From the NCBI GenBank assembly GCA_035567915.1, contig DATMPA010000022.1:169072-233071 (forward strand): a stretch of DNA of 64,000 nt. Direction: 5' to 3'. The notes below the pieces were generated by a model. The model was given only the letters and a program-made list of their open reading frames with translations, did no database searches and was not told the origin of the DNA. The stretch comes from Candidatus Sulfotelmatobacter sp. (GTDB lineage: Bacteria; Acidobacteriota; Terriglobia; Acidiferrales; UBA7541). Position 1 is the first letter of the stretch. Each line of letters begins with the position of its first letter. This document shows, piece after piece, positions 47,379 to 58,100 of this stretch. Made by a program: the position numbers and the translations under genes.

Positions 47379-48473
47379 TCACCAGAGCCGAACGCTTTTC
47401 CCGAGGAATGCGATGCAGCATAGGTCGGGCAGCACGCAGATCAAAGACCGTCGCCGGATACTTTGCGCCCTTTGCGAGCGCAGCAAAGCGAGCTCGTCCT
47501 GCCGTTCGTCCGCGTCCCAGGTGTCGCCCATCAGAGTTGCCATGCCGCCAGCACCAAATGCTCCCACGTTAAATGCCGTGCGACCCTGGGCAACGGCAAA
47601 CTCAGTGAGGAAATTACCTAGCGTTGAGATGCCACGGGCGTCGTAACCTCGATGCAAATGATTACGTCCGAAGCGAGCCAACACTTTTGATGGCGTACCG
47701 TTGGCTAAACTGCGGCGGTAGTGTGTAAGGAATTGTTCCTTCATAAGCAGTTCGCGGGCATCCTGAGCAACCATCTTGCTATCCGCGCTGAGGCGATCCT
47801 CTTCAATCTCAAGGGTGGCAAGCAGGTTTTGACGAAGCGACACATCATTAACGATCTCATCTCTGCTTTTCTTGTTTTTTTTGGCCAGGCGGAGCAACTC
47901 AAGAGATGTCTTTCTGTCGTAGCCATGTTCCGTGATTGCGACCATCTGCTCTAGATTGTGATCCATTGGATTTAGGGCCGCCAGTTGTCGAATGAGAAGC
48001 TGCGGTTGTTCTTCTTCAATGTCGCAACCCCAGAGAACATTGGCGTTGGGAGAAGCGAGGCCATGAACACTGATTGCTTCATCTTTTGTCCAAAGCCCTC
48101 GGATTTCCGGTCCCTTACCCACTGGTACCGACTCCAGCTGGTAAGCGGCCCAAGGGCTAATTTCGGCTGCGATGTGACGATAGCCTTGCTTCCATAGCTC
48201 CGGCCACACGTCCCTAAGGAAGGCCGGAATTTCGTTGTCTCCGTGGAGTTCTCCCAAAAGAAAGAACTCGCTTTTCCTGGACTCATTCAGCAGAAAGTCC
48301 CGTCCGTTAGACTGGAGGTCATATTGATGGTTTGTGAAGGATTGCAGTATTTCGTCATCAGGGTGTGTCTGTTGTTCCTGTCTGCCCGCGGACGGGAAAA
48401 GCGAAGCCGCGGCCAAGAAAGGGATCAACACGAGGGAATATGGGCGCATGCCATCCAGATACGGGGGTTTCAA
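47379..48473 (-). CDS. Secreted ChaN/Tiki (TraB/GumN/PrgY superfamily)-like protein
   Basis: Signal peptide. FFLLGELHGDNEIPAF motif resembling the ChaN/Tiki G-x-x-H core. Lower GC than its surroundings. Confidence 0.5.
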   Translation of the reverse strand: MKPPYLDGMRPYSLVLIPFLAAASLFPSAGRQEQQTHPDDEILQSFTNHQYDLQSNGRDFLLNESRKSEFFLLGELHGDNEIPAFLRDVWPELWKQGYRHIAAEISPWAAYQLESVPVGKGPEIRGLWTKDEAISVHGLASPNANVLWGCDIEEEQPQLLIRQLAALNPMDHNLEQMVAITEHGYDRKTSLELLRLAKKNKKSRDEIVNDVSLRQNLLATLEIEEDRLSADSKMVAQDARELLMKEQFLTHYRRSLANGTPSKVLARFGRNHLHRGYDARGISTLGNFLTEFAVAQGRTAFNVGAFGAGGMATLMGDTWDADERQDELALLRSQRAQSIRRRSLICVLPDLCCIAFLGKSVRLW

Positions 48474-48540
48474 TGTCTTTGTTCCGGTAAGTGCTTGGGA
48501 GCGCGATTAATCGCTGCCCCTACACAAAGGCAAAGAGTAT

Positions 48541-49722
48541 TTAGCGCACGATGCGCTTGCGGGATTTTTGACGCGGAGACCAGTTGGGGAGGGAGCGTTT
48601 GTTGAGGAGGGATTGGGCGGCCCATTTGCCGAGGTAAACGGAGAGAGCTACGCCGTGGCCGTTGAAGCCGGAGAGGATGATGGCGCTGCGCGATTTGAGG
48701 TGATGGCGAAAGACGGGCCGCATTTTTTGGGTGAAGAGGATGGGGCCGGCCCAGCGATGTGTGATGCGGACGTTTTTTAGTACGGGGTGGAGATTTTGGA
48801 CGCGGTTTTCTAGCCAGCGGAGGCGGTCGGCGGGCTGGCCTCGGCGAACGTCGAGGTGATGCAAGCCACGCCAGTTTTTGGATGTGACGAGGCCCGCGCC
48901 GAAGATGACGGAATTGTTTTGGGTGAGGCGGCCCCAGAGGTAGGGGAAGTCCACGGTGTAGAATGGCTTTCCGGACGCCAGGCCGAGGGCTTTAAGCTGC
49001 GACTTTTTTAGCGGCTCAGTGGCGAGCGCGAAAGTGAGATGGGCTTCGGCGGAGCGCTGGAGCGCGGTGAGTTCGAGCGAGGCGGCATTGGTGGCGAGCA
49101 GGACGCGGTGGGCTTCGATGGTCCGTTTCTTTCCGTTGTGATTCAAATGCAATTTGAGCGGAGTGCCTGATTGAAGGCGGAGGACGTTCGTTTGTTCAAA
49201 GATAGAGGCGCCGAATTTTTCCGCGGCTCGCGCGAGGCCAGAAATTACTTTTCCGGGGTTGACTGTGCCGCCGGGAACTTTATTGACCGCGCGAAGGCGG
49301 CCGGAATCGCTCCAATCGATCGGTGAATTACGCAGTGAATGGACTTCCTTTCCTTCCATCGAATACTTTCCACGAGCTAGTTCCCAAACCCCGGGAAGAT
49401 TTAGCTCGGCAGAGATGTGCAGATCGCGGAGGATTTTTTTGTAGCCGGCGAGGACGTCACCTAGGCCTGGGAGAGGTCCGGCGGCGGTTTCGGCTAGGGC
49501 CATTCCTCCTGTGTGACCGCTTGAGCCGGCGCCTAGCGCGCCGCTTTCCAACACGATGACGGACTTTTTGGGCGCGAGGCGTTTGAGGTGAACGGCGGCG
49601 GAGAGTCCGGAAAAACCTGCGCCAACGATGGCGAAGTCCACACGATCGGGTAGAGGTTTTTGTTTGGGGTGGAAGGAGATAGTCCAGGGAGGAGCGCCCC
49701 AGTTGGGTGGCGTGGATGGCAT
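48541..49722 (-). CDS. FAD-dependent oxidoreductase (DAO family)
   Basis: VDFAIVGAGFSGLSAAVHL Rossmann fold. Start at ATG 49722; the ORF track's longer version is less likely. Confidence 0.65.
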   Translation of the reverse strand: MPSTPPNWGAPPWTISFHPKQKPLPDRVDFAIVGAGFSGLSAAVHLKRLAPKKSVIVLESGALGAGSSGHTGGMALAETAAGPLPGLGDVLAGYKKILRDLHISAELNLPGVWELARGKYSMEGKEVHSLRNSPIDWSDSGRLRAVNKVPGGTVNPGKVISGLARAAEKFGASIFEQTNVLRLQSGTPLKLHLNHNGKKRTIEAHRVLLATNAASLELTALQRSAEAHLTFALATEPLKKSQLKALGLASGKPFYTVDFPYLWGRLTQNNSVIFGAGLVTSKNWRGLHHLDVRRGQPADRLRWLENRVQNLHPVLKNVRITHRWAGPILFTQKMRPVFRHHLKSRSAIILSGFNGHGVALSVYLGKWAAQSLLNKRSLPNWSPRQKSRKRIVR

Positions 49723-50019
49723 GGCTCTGGTTGGATGCGCGGCAGAGATGATTTTGTCACGTGGTTGATTCGGGCATGAAGACGAGGAGAACCCAAGACC
49801 CAGGTTCAAAAAAACGAACCTTGGGGACGCCGCTATTTCACGCGCTCCCAAACGAGAGTGCGTGTGATGGGAATGCCATCCTGTGTGGTGGTATCGAAGG
49901 AAAGCGCTGGGCGGTCACCGGAGAGTTTGAAATTGCGCTTGATGTCGTGGCCGATGTCGCCGGAAAGATCGCGCTTTCGAAAGGTAGTGCGGGAGGGCAA
50001 TGCGGGGAAGTCTATATCA

Positions 50020-50706
50020 CTATTCAGAAGCGCCCAACGGGAGAAAGTATTGCGTGCCTTTGACGGGTTCTTGCAAACGACGCAGCAATTGCTGGAGGTC
50101 TTCGCTGCGCTCGACGAAATCTATGTCGGACGTGTTGATGACGAGGAGGTCGGAGGCTTCGTAACGGAAGAAAAAGTGCTCGTAGGCGCGGGCGACTTCT
50201 TCGACGTATTCGGGGGAGATTTGTGATTCGCCGCGCGCGGCTTTTTTGGCGATGCGGGCGCGGAGCGTTTCGGGCTTGGCCTGGAGATAGATGACGAGAT
50301 CGGGCGCGGGAATGTCGCGCGCGAGAAGGTCGTAATAGCGCTCGTAGAGTTTCAGCTCTTCGTCGTCGAGATTGAGGTTGGCGAAGATGCGGTCTTTTTC
50401 CATGAGGAAATCGGAAAGGAGCGGCGCGGGAGCATCGGCGGCAAGGGCTTCGCGAAGACGTTTTTGGCGCTCAAGGAGGAAGTACATTTGGGCGCGGAGA
50501 GCGGAGCCGGATTTTTCGTTGTAGAAATCTGTGAGGAAGGGATTGTCTTCGCAATCGTAAACGCGGCGGGCGTGGAGGCGTTCGGCGAGGATGCGGGCCA
50601 GAGTGGATTTGCCTACGCGGAGAGGGCCTTCGATGGCTATGAAACGGGGCGCCTGTGGCCCTCGTTTGGGGATGGGTGCGCGTTTGGCGGAGGAGTCGTT
50701 CCCCAT
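50020..50706 (-). CDS. Deoxynucleoside kinase family protein
   Basis: P-loop IAIEGPLRVGKST, ERxxY/DR motifs typical of the dNK/dCK/dGK family. Confidence 0.7.
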   Translation of the reverse strand: MGNDSSAKRAPIPKRGPQAPRFIAIEGPLRVGKSTLARILAERLHARRVYDCEDNPFLTDFYNEKSGSALRAQMYFLLERQKRLREALAADAPAPLLSDFLMEKDRIFANLNLDDEELKLYERYYDLLARDIPAPDLVIYLQAKPETLRARIAKKAARGESQISPEYVEEVARAYEHFFFRYEASDLLVINTSDIDFVERSEDLQQLLRRLQEPVKGTQYFLPLGASE

Positions 50707-50906
50707 TGGCCGGAGATTATAGCAGCAAATAAGCCGCAATTTGCCACTTGGCGGAAGGAGGTGCCCAAGTACTAGACCAAAGGGGTAATCGGTCGTACTT
50801 AGGAAAATGTGACCAATAGGCCAGTGACACCTGTCCTTTGGTACAGCATACTTGCTGGCGTCGCGGGCGGTGGTCTGACGGAGCTCGCGGCAACTGAGGT
50901 CACTGA

Positions 50907-51491
50907 ATGTTTCTCGCCGCAGCCCTTTTAGCTTTCAGCCTTCCGCAGCAAATGCCTGTCGCAATGAGCATTTCGGATGCTCCTGCCGCCGCAGCGGACT
51001 CGGCAAAACCGGATTCTACTTCTTCCACTACGCTCTCTGCCGCATTGCCTACGGCTCCAACGCCGAAACTGACTGCGGAGAATTCTGAATCTTCTTCGGC
51101 CGAGGCGATTTTGCCGGGCGCCGCGATTAAGCCGGCGAATCCGCCGAAGGCCGCGATTCGCGGCATCCGCTACGATACTCCCAAGCAGAAAGTAGCGTGG
51201 ATTGGATTATCGGTGGCGGGACATGGTGCAGCGGCGTTCGATGCGTACTCGACGCGCCAGGCGATTTCCGGAGGATATGGCACGGAATCGAATCCTTTGC
51301 TGCGGCCGTTCGCGCATTCTGGCGCGATTTATGTGGCGACGCAGGTCAGCCCGACGGTGATGGATTATCTGGGCCACAAGATGATGACGAACCGCCGCCC
51401 CTGGGTGAGAAAGATCTGGTGGGTTCCGCAAACGGCAGGCGCAGGTTTTTCGATCGCCGCGGGTTCCCACAACTTGAGTTTGGTGAAGTAG
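50907..51491 (+). CDS. Secreted hypothetical protein
   Basis: Signal peptide. Ser/Thr/Ala/Pro-rich region then a conserved-looking C-terminal domain. No family recognised. Confidence 0.45.
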   Translation: MFLAAALLAFSLPQQMPVAMSISDAPAAAADSAKPDSTSSTTLSAALPTAPTPKLTAENSESSSAEAILPGAAIKPANPPKAAIRGIRYDTPKQKVAWIGLSVAGHGAAAFDAYSTRQAISGGYGTESNPLLRPFAHSGAIYVATQVSPTVMDYLGHKMMTNRRPWVRKIWWVPQTAGAGFSIAAGSHNLSLVK

Positions 51492-51528
51492 CGGAATTTT
51501 GAAATAACGATTTCCTGAAAACGATCAA

Positions 51529-51570
51529 GAAAAAGCGTCCCGCGCCGTTCCCTCCGGCCGGGACGCTTTG
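51529..51570. terminator. Bidirectional intrinsic terminator
   Basis: aaaaAGCGTCCCGcgccgttccctccggcCGGGACGCTtt: 9-bp stem. The A-run on the plus strand gives a T-run on the minus strand, downstream of copD. Confidence 0.6.
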
Positions 51571-51609
51571 CATTCGCCGTTAGATTTCACACGAACAGGT
51601 ATTTGGCGT

Positions 51610-53250
51610 TCAACTTTCGTGGTAATCCATCAGGACCAGCCCCACGAGAATGAAACACACCGGCCAGATCCACGACAGATACTTCGGCGCCTTGCTCGTC
51701 TGCGGCAATCGCAATTCGAGCCAGCGCGACCACCCTGCAATAATCCCGAGGATCGCCAACGAAGTGTGACTCAATTCAACCAGCAACTCTTCCTTAACAT
51801 TCCCTAATGCGTGTGAGTGCGTCAGCAGAACCATCCCGCCCAAAACGCATACTCCCGGAAACACCAAAGCAGCGGACATTGATTTCATGCGGCCTGTTTC
51901 CACCCTCCAAGTGAATATCGCAAACACAATGATCAGCAAAACCGCAGCACGGTGTTGCAAAACATCCGGAACTGCAAAGCTTTCCCAAAATCCATTTGGC
52001 CCCAGCGGCCAGTTCTCAGGGTCGGCCCGCAAGAACAAGAACAATGCCAAACCAAGGAACATCAGTGGCCAGATATTGGCCCACGGAAAATAACGGCTTC
52101 GGGCGAGCAGCGCCAGGATTCCCATCAAGAAGACAACCAATCCAGCCCAGCTGTGGTTGTATTCCGACCAGGCAATGTCCGCCGGCTTATTCGTATCCGC
52201 CGCGAACTGACCGGGCACAAAGGAAGTTGGCACGGTCTTTCCTTCCGCCATCGCCCGCTTCAGCATGGCGTTTGTAGATTCGGAGAGTTCTTTCACATTC
52301 GGGCTTGAAAACCGTGGCATCCTCGGTGCAAAGCGGGTGGCTATCTCTTGCAGGGACACGCGGTCTTGCGTCAAATCTACGGCAGGAGGTTGGGACGTCA
52401 ATGAAGCTGCCGCCAGAATCACGCTCAAGCCTATGCCGATCTCTACCTCGGCAAACCTCGGTAGACTTGCTGTGCCACTTCCCCCCTCTGGACCAATTTT
52501 CCGCACGATAAGGAAATTCGCCGCGCCGAGGAGTAGCATGCAGCCAAAAAGGATCACCTTGGTTGTGACCATCGCGCCGTACGCGGTTCCGTAGAGCGCG
52601 TCCCACGAGCCAACGTAGACAAGGCTCATCGCGAGGCCAGCGGCAAAGAGGACGGCTACACTCACCATGGCCTGACGAGAAAAATTCCGAACTATCTGCG
52701 TTTTCACCGCCTGGTCCGGCACACGCTTCAACGCCAGTAACAAATACGGTAGCCCGCCGATCCAGCTAGCTGTTGCGAGGTAATGCAAGGCCGTCATTGA
52801 CGACAAGAACGCGCGATCTTCCATCCGGGCGGCAGAATGACTTGTCATCACCGAAGCCGCAAGCGTCATCGCTGCCGGCAATAACAACCAAAGGCTCATC
52901 TTCTTGCGTTTGCCTGTGGGCCAGAACTCAATCGCAACACCGGCCAGGATGGCCAGCAATCCAGCGAGCACGTAGTTCGCTCCGAGAACCGTCCTGAGCG
53001 GAAGTTCCGCCGAATGGATCAGCAGAAGCGAATTGCTGACGCCGAAGAACACTTGGGACAAAATGATCCCCAGCGCACTCCAACGGATGAGTTTCCAGGC
53101 GGGATTGAGGAGTGCCTCCGATCGCAACTCTTCCCTTCGCGCTGCCAAGAGTAGAAATAGAATCCCCCCGACGGCGACGGTTTGGAAACACAAAATCGCC
53201 GCGCGAAGCAAGACCACGAAGTAGCTGAAAATGCTGATCAGTTGCACCAT
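51610..53250 (-). CDS. copD: Copper resistance protein CopD fused to a CtaG-like C-terminal domain
   Basis: 546-aa polytopic membrane protein directly downstream of copC. The C-terminal half is paralogous to the standalone ORF 414-1208. Confidence 0.7.
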   Translation of the reverse strand: MVQLISIFSYFVVLLRAAILCFQTVAVGGILFLLLAARREELRSEALLNPAWKLIRWSALGIILSQVFFGVSNSLLLIHSAELPLRTVLGANYVLAGLLAILAGVAIEFWPTGKRKKMSLWLLLPAAMTLAASVMTSHSAARMEDRAFLSSMTALHYLATASWIGGLPYLLLALKRVPDQAVKTQIVRNFSRQAMVSVAVLFAAGLAMSLVYVGSWDALYGTAYGAMVTTKVILFGCMLLLGAANFLIVRKIGPEGGSGTASLPRFAEVEIGIGLSVILAAASLTSQPPAVDLTQDRVSLQEIATRFAPRMPRFSSPNVKELSESTNAMLKRAMAEGKTVPTSFVPGQFAADTNKPADIAWSEYNHSWAGLVVFLMGILALLARSRYFPWANIWPLMFLGLALFLFLRADPENWPLGPNGFWESFAVPDVLQHRAAVLLIIVFAIFTWRVETGRMKSMSAALVFPGVCVLGGMVLLTHSHALGNVKEELLVELSHTSLAILGIIAGWSRWLELRLPQTSKAPKYLSWIWPVCFILVGLVLMDYHES

Positions 53251-53259
53251 GGATTGTCG

Positions 53260-53649
53260 CTAAACACTTGTCACAGTGAACGGAATAAGGCCACGTGTAA
53301 TATGGCCGTCCGGCGCAAGTACCTGCCACGCGATCTTATACGCTCCCGGTTGCAGGCCCGCAGCCTTCGTCGTGAGCGTGTCCGGAGAGGCCTGCTTGTC
53401 CAGCACCAAATTCCTCATTGCGTTGTCTGGGTGTACAAGTTGCAGCTTGGAGCGAGCCGCATCAATTCGCACGTTGAACTTCAGAGTGATTGGAACATCA
53501 GGCCCGGTAACTGAACTATTCGCTGGCGGCGAGCTCTCCTTGAGAATTGCATGGCCGTCGACGGCTCGCCCTATCAGCTGCCCGGCTACGAGCACCACCA
53601 TCCAAATGAAGATCCGAATTGGGGCGTTCTTAGGCCAGTGCATGGTCAT
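53260..53649 (-). CDS. copC: Copper resistance protein CopC (periplasmic copper-binding)
   Basis: Signal peptide, then mature H-A-I-L... start and the CopC beta-sandwich pattern (YKIAWQVLAPDGHITRGLIPFTV). Confidence 0.75.
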   Translation of the reverse strand: MTMHWPKNAPIRIFIWMVVLVAGQLIGRAVDGHAILKESSPPANSSVTGPDVPITLKFNVRIDAARSKLQLVHPDNAMRNLVLDKQASPDTLTTKAAGLQPGAYKIAWQVLAPDGHITRGLIPFTVTSV

Positions 53650-53774
53650 TGTCCTTATCTCTAATGTTGATGACGATGTCTTCTTTGAGCAAGAAAAACT
53701 TTGCGCGAGGGCAATTCATCGCCCGCTTTGCCGCCAGAGATAGAAGTGCTTCCACCAAGGGGGTACGTTGGAGC

Positions 53775-55196
53775 TCAGGGAGTCGGAGTTGGAGTCGAAC
53801 TTGGTGGCCCACTCGTGGTGGTCCACTGGGAATCGCTGAGATTCCAGCCGCCGCCAAGCGCGCGATAGAGGTCAACCATGGCCAATTTGCGCCCGAGGTC
53901 GTACGAAACCGAAGAGCTCTCCACCGGATACAGCTGAAGTTGAGCATCAACTATCTCGAAATAACTGGCAAGCCCGCTATCGTAACGAGTGAAAGACAGT
54001 CGGACCGAGTCGCGGTAAGCCTCCACAGATTTCAGTTGCTCACGGTAGGCCTTCCCCAGTTGCTGATGTGCCGATAGGGATGTGGAAACCTCGCCGAAGG
54101 CCTGCGTAACGGCTTTCTCGAAAGAGATCTTGGCCTGGTCGCGCACGGCAAGCGATGCGCGGTATTCATTTTTCAACCGGCCTCCTGTGAATATTGGCCC
54201 GGCCAAATTGCCGGCAATGCTCCAGGCTTTTCCGGAAGCCGTGAGCTCAGAAAGCTGAGGACTCACACCTCCAAACAAACCCGTCAGCGAAATCGTGGGA
54301 AAGAAATTGGCCTTGGCGACGCCGATATTGGCATTGGCTGCAATTAGATTCTGCTCGAATTCGCGAAGGTCAGGCCGCCGTTCCAATAGCGTTGCCGGCA
54401 AACCTGCGGGCACATCTGGTGGGTCGTATTGGTCGGCTAGTGCAGCACCGCGCGCAATCGGACCGGGATTGCGGCCAAGCAGCAAGTTCAGAGCATTCTC
54501 TTGAGCAATAATCTGACGTTCGAAATCCGGGATCGTAGCCGCGACGTTCGAGAGTGCGCCTTGAGCGCGGCCGACTTCAAGTCCCGATGCGGCTCCGCCT
54601 TCGAACTTGCGTTGAAACAGGTCAAGCGTTTCTCCAAAGCTTTTTACAGTTCGACGGGCAATTTCCAATTGCTCGTCGAGAGCCCGCAACTGGAAGTACC
54701 CTTGCGCCACGTCTGACAGGACTACGAGCCGCACATCTCTGCGTGCTTCCTCAGTGGAAAAATACACCGCACGCTGCGCTTCGTTTAGTTTCCGGATACG
54801 TCCGAAGAGGTCGATCTCCCAAAGGGTGCTGAAACTGTATGAGTAGTATGTGTGATTTGGAGTTATAGGATCTTGCTGTCCCGAAATGCTCGCACCGTAT
54901 CCCACCTGCGGGTAATATTGCGAACGGCTGACACCGACGAGCGCCCTTTCCTGTTCAACGCGTGCCAGCGCCAACTGCAGGTCATAGTTGTTTTTCAAGG
55001 CCTCGCGGATGAGATCCTGCAGGACGGGATCTTTAAACAGATCCCACCACGCCATGTCCGCAGCGGAAGCGGCCGTAGCTTGTTGCTCGGTGTAAAAATT
55101 CGCGGGTGGCTGGACTGCCGGACGCACATACTTGGGACCTAGCGTACAACCCGCGAAAAGGAGTGGGAGAAACACGACGACGATGATTTTGCGCAT
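53775..55196 (-). CDS. RND efflux outer-membrane factor lipoprotein (NodT/TolC family)
   Basis: Lipobox LLFAGC. Two TolC-like repeats. Start codon abuts the RND pump stop. Confidence 0.8.
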   Translation of the reverse strand: MRKIIVVVFLPLLFAGCTLGPKYVRPAVQPPANFYTEQQATAASAADMAWWDLFKDPVLQDLIREALKNNYDLQLALARVEQERALVGVSRSQYYPQVGYGASISGQQDPITPNHTYYSYSFSTLWEIDLFGRIRKLNEAQRAVYFSTEEARRDVRLVVLSDVAQGYFQLRALDEQLEIARRTVKSFGETLDLFQRKFEGGAASGLEVGRAQGALSNVAATIPDFERQIIAQENALNLLLGRNPGPIARGAALADQYDPPDVPAGLPATLLERRPDLREFEQNLIAANANIGVAKANFFPTISLTGLFGGVSPQLSELTASGKAWSIAGNLAGPIFTGGRLKNEYRASLAVRDQAKISFEKAVTQAFGEVSTSLSAHQQLGKAYREQLKSVEAYRDSVRLSFTRYDSGLASYFEIVDAQLQLYPVESSSVSYDLGRKLAMVDLYRALGGGWNLSDSQWTTTSGPPSSTPTPTP

Positions 55197-58100
55197 CAGT
55201 CGTGTCCTCCCTGAAGTACAACCGATCCCGGAATGTCCTCAGCTGCCTTTTTGTCTTTACCGGCAATGCGCTCAACCACCACATACAGGACCGGCACAAG
55301 AAAAACGCCCAGGACAGTCGCTGCGGTCATGCCGGTGATGACCGAACTTCCCAGTACTCTCCGGCCAATCGCGCCAGCGCCTTTAGCAGTCCAAAGAGGA
55401 ACACATCCAAGAATGAAAGCAAACGAGGTCATCAAAATAGGTCTGAGGCGAAGACGGGCCCCTTCGAGGGCTGCTTCGACGAGCCCCTTGCCCTTCTTGT
55501 TCTCCAAAATGGCGAACTCGACGATCAAGATTGCGTTCTTGGCCGTGAGGCCGATCAACATAACGAGTCCAATTTGAGCAAACGCATTGTTATCCAGTTT
55601 GCGCAACAGCAGTCCGGCATTTGCTCCGAGAATGGCCACAGGGACCGACAAGAGTACGCTGAAAGGCAGAGACCAACTTTCGTAGAGAGCAGCCAGAATC
55701 AGGAATACGCAAAAGACGGACATGCCGAAAACAATCGCTTGTCCGCCTTCAGCTTTCTTTTCCTGGTAAGACATATCGCTCCAGGCGTAACCCATACCAG
55801 CGGGTAAGACTTCTGCGGAAACTTGTTCCATCGCGGCCATCGCCTGGCCTGAGCTGTATCCCGGTGCAGGCGAACCGTTAATCTGGATGCTTCGGAATAG
55901 ATTGAAGCGATTGGTATATTCCGGTCCCGAAACGCGCTTCACCGTGACCATAGAGGCCAACGGAGTCATATCGCCCTTCGAGTTTCTAACGTAAAAGCTA
56001 TTGATTTTGTCTGCGCTGACGCGGTACTCCGGCTCGGCCTGGAGGTAAACTTTCCACTGACGACCAAACCGATTAAATTGATTAACGTACGCGCCTCCCA
56101 AAAACGCCTGCAACGTCTGATAGACGTCCGTAAACTGTAGGCCCTGTTTCAATACACGATCCTGGTCGATCTCGACAAAAAGCTGTGGCACCGACGGGCG
56201 GAAGGTAGCTACGAGTCCACCAATTTCCGGGCGCTTCCGCGCTGCCTGGGTCAACTTTTCAAGGGTCTCTGAGAGCTGCTGAACAGTTCCGGCGGACCGA
56301 TCCTGCAACATAAAGGTGAATCCGCCGGCTGTGCCAAGACCAGGAATGGCGGGCGGGCCGAAGGCAAATCCCAGAGCTTCCGGAATTTCCTCACGCATTT
56401 TCTTGTTCAGAGTTTGCATAAGGCCATTTGCGGAGAGCTCCGCGCCGTGGCGTTCGTGCCAAGGATCGAGTTGAACAAAATAGAAACCGGTGTAGCTGGC
56501 AGATGTGTTGGAAAGAAGGCTGAAGCCGACGATCGCGTCGTATCCTTGAACGCCGTGAGTGTGCGCGAGAATATCATCCACTTTGCGCATGACGGCGTCA
56601 GTACGCTGTAAAGACGCAGCATCCGGAAGCTGGATCTGAAGGAATGCATATCCCTGATCTTCTTCCGGAAGGAAACTGGTAGGAAGACGTTTACCCATAC
56701 TCACAGCGATGACCGAAATGCCCAAGAGCAGGATCAGAGCAATGCCCCATCTGCGAACGAGGACGTGGCTCCAATTGACGTAACCGCCCGTCATTTTTCC
56801 GAACCACCGATTGAACCCGGCGAAGAATCTGCCGACAAGTCCCTTGGATTGCTTACGTGGACGAAGCAAAAGGGCCGAGAGTGCCGGTGAGAGGGTTAGA
56901 GCGTTAAAGGCCGAGATAAGAACGGAGATGGCGATGGTAATCGCGAACTGTTGGTTTAGCAGGCCCTTGATGCCTCCCATGAACGCCATAGGGATGAAGA
57001 CGGAGGACAAAACCAGGGCTATGCCAATCACGGGAGTTGTAACTTCTTCCATCGCCTTGATGGTTGCCTCTCTGGGTGTCATTCCGTGCTCGATGTTGTG
57101 TTCAACAGCCTCGACTACGACGATTGCGTCGTCCACTACGAGCCCAATGGCAAGGATGAGGCCAAAGAGTGAGAGTGTGTTGATTGAAAAACCGAGCATA
57201 GGAAAGACGGCAAACGTGCCGATCAGTGACACCGGCACAGCAATCAGGGGAATGAGAGTTGCGCGCCAACCTTGCAAAAATAGGAACACTACAATGATCA
57301 CCAGGACAATGGCTTCGAAAAGCGTCGTGAGGATTTCTTTCATCCCCTCGGTGATCGGGAGTGTCGTGTCCATGGAAACGACATACTCGAGATCTTGCGG
57401 AAACCGGGTTTTCAGGTCTTCCATTTGGGCTTTGACTTGTTTCGCTACAGCCAATGCGTTGGAACCCGGGGCTTGATAAACAGCCATGACGACTGCTGGC
57501 TTCCCGTTGTACCGTCCAATTTGCTGATAAACAATTGATCCCAATTCGATCCGCGAGACGTCACTCAACCTAACTGTTGAGCCGTCGGGGTTTTGGCGAA
57601 CGATGACTTTGCCAAATTCCTCCGCATTGGCGAGCCTACCCGGAGCTCGCACTGCGTAAGTAAACTGCTGGCCTTTGGGAGCAGGTTCAGCGCCGATCTG
57701 TCCCGCCGGATTTACGGCACTCTGTTGTTGGACAGCGTTGGTGAGATCGGTAACAGTGAGGCCCAGTTTGGTTAGCTGATCAGGCTTTACCCACACCCGC
57801 ATGGCATAGTCTGCGGCGCCGAAATTGGTTACTTGCCCAACTCCGGGAACGCGCAACAATGCGTCGTTAATATTGATTGTTGCGTAGTTTCCCAAAAATT
57901 GTCCGCCGTAGGTCGCCTTTGGCGAATAGACGGACAGCACAAGCAGAGGAAGTCCCATCAGCTTCTTGACGGTCACACCGTACTGATTGACGGACGTGGG
58001 CAAGTTCGGACTGGCTTGGGAGACTCTGTTCTGCGTATTCACCTGGTCGATATCTACGTTAGTGCCTACATCGAAGGTGACCTTGAGGGTCATCGTTCCG

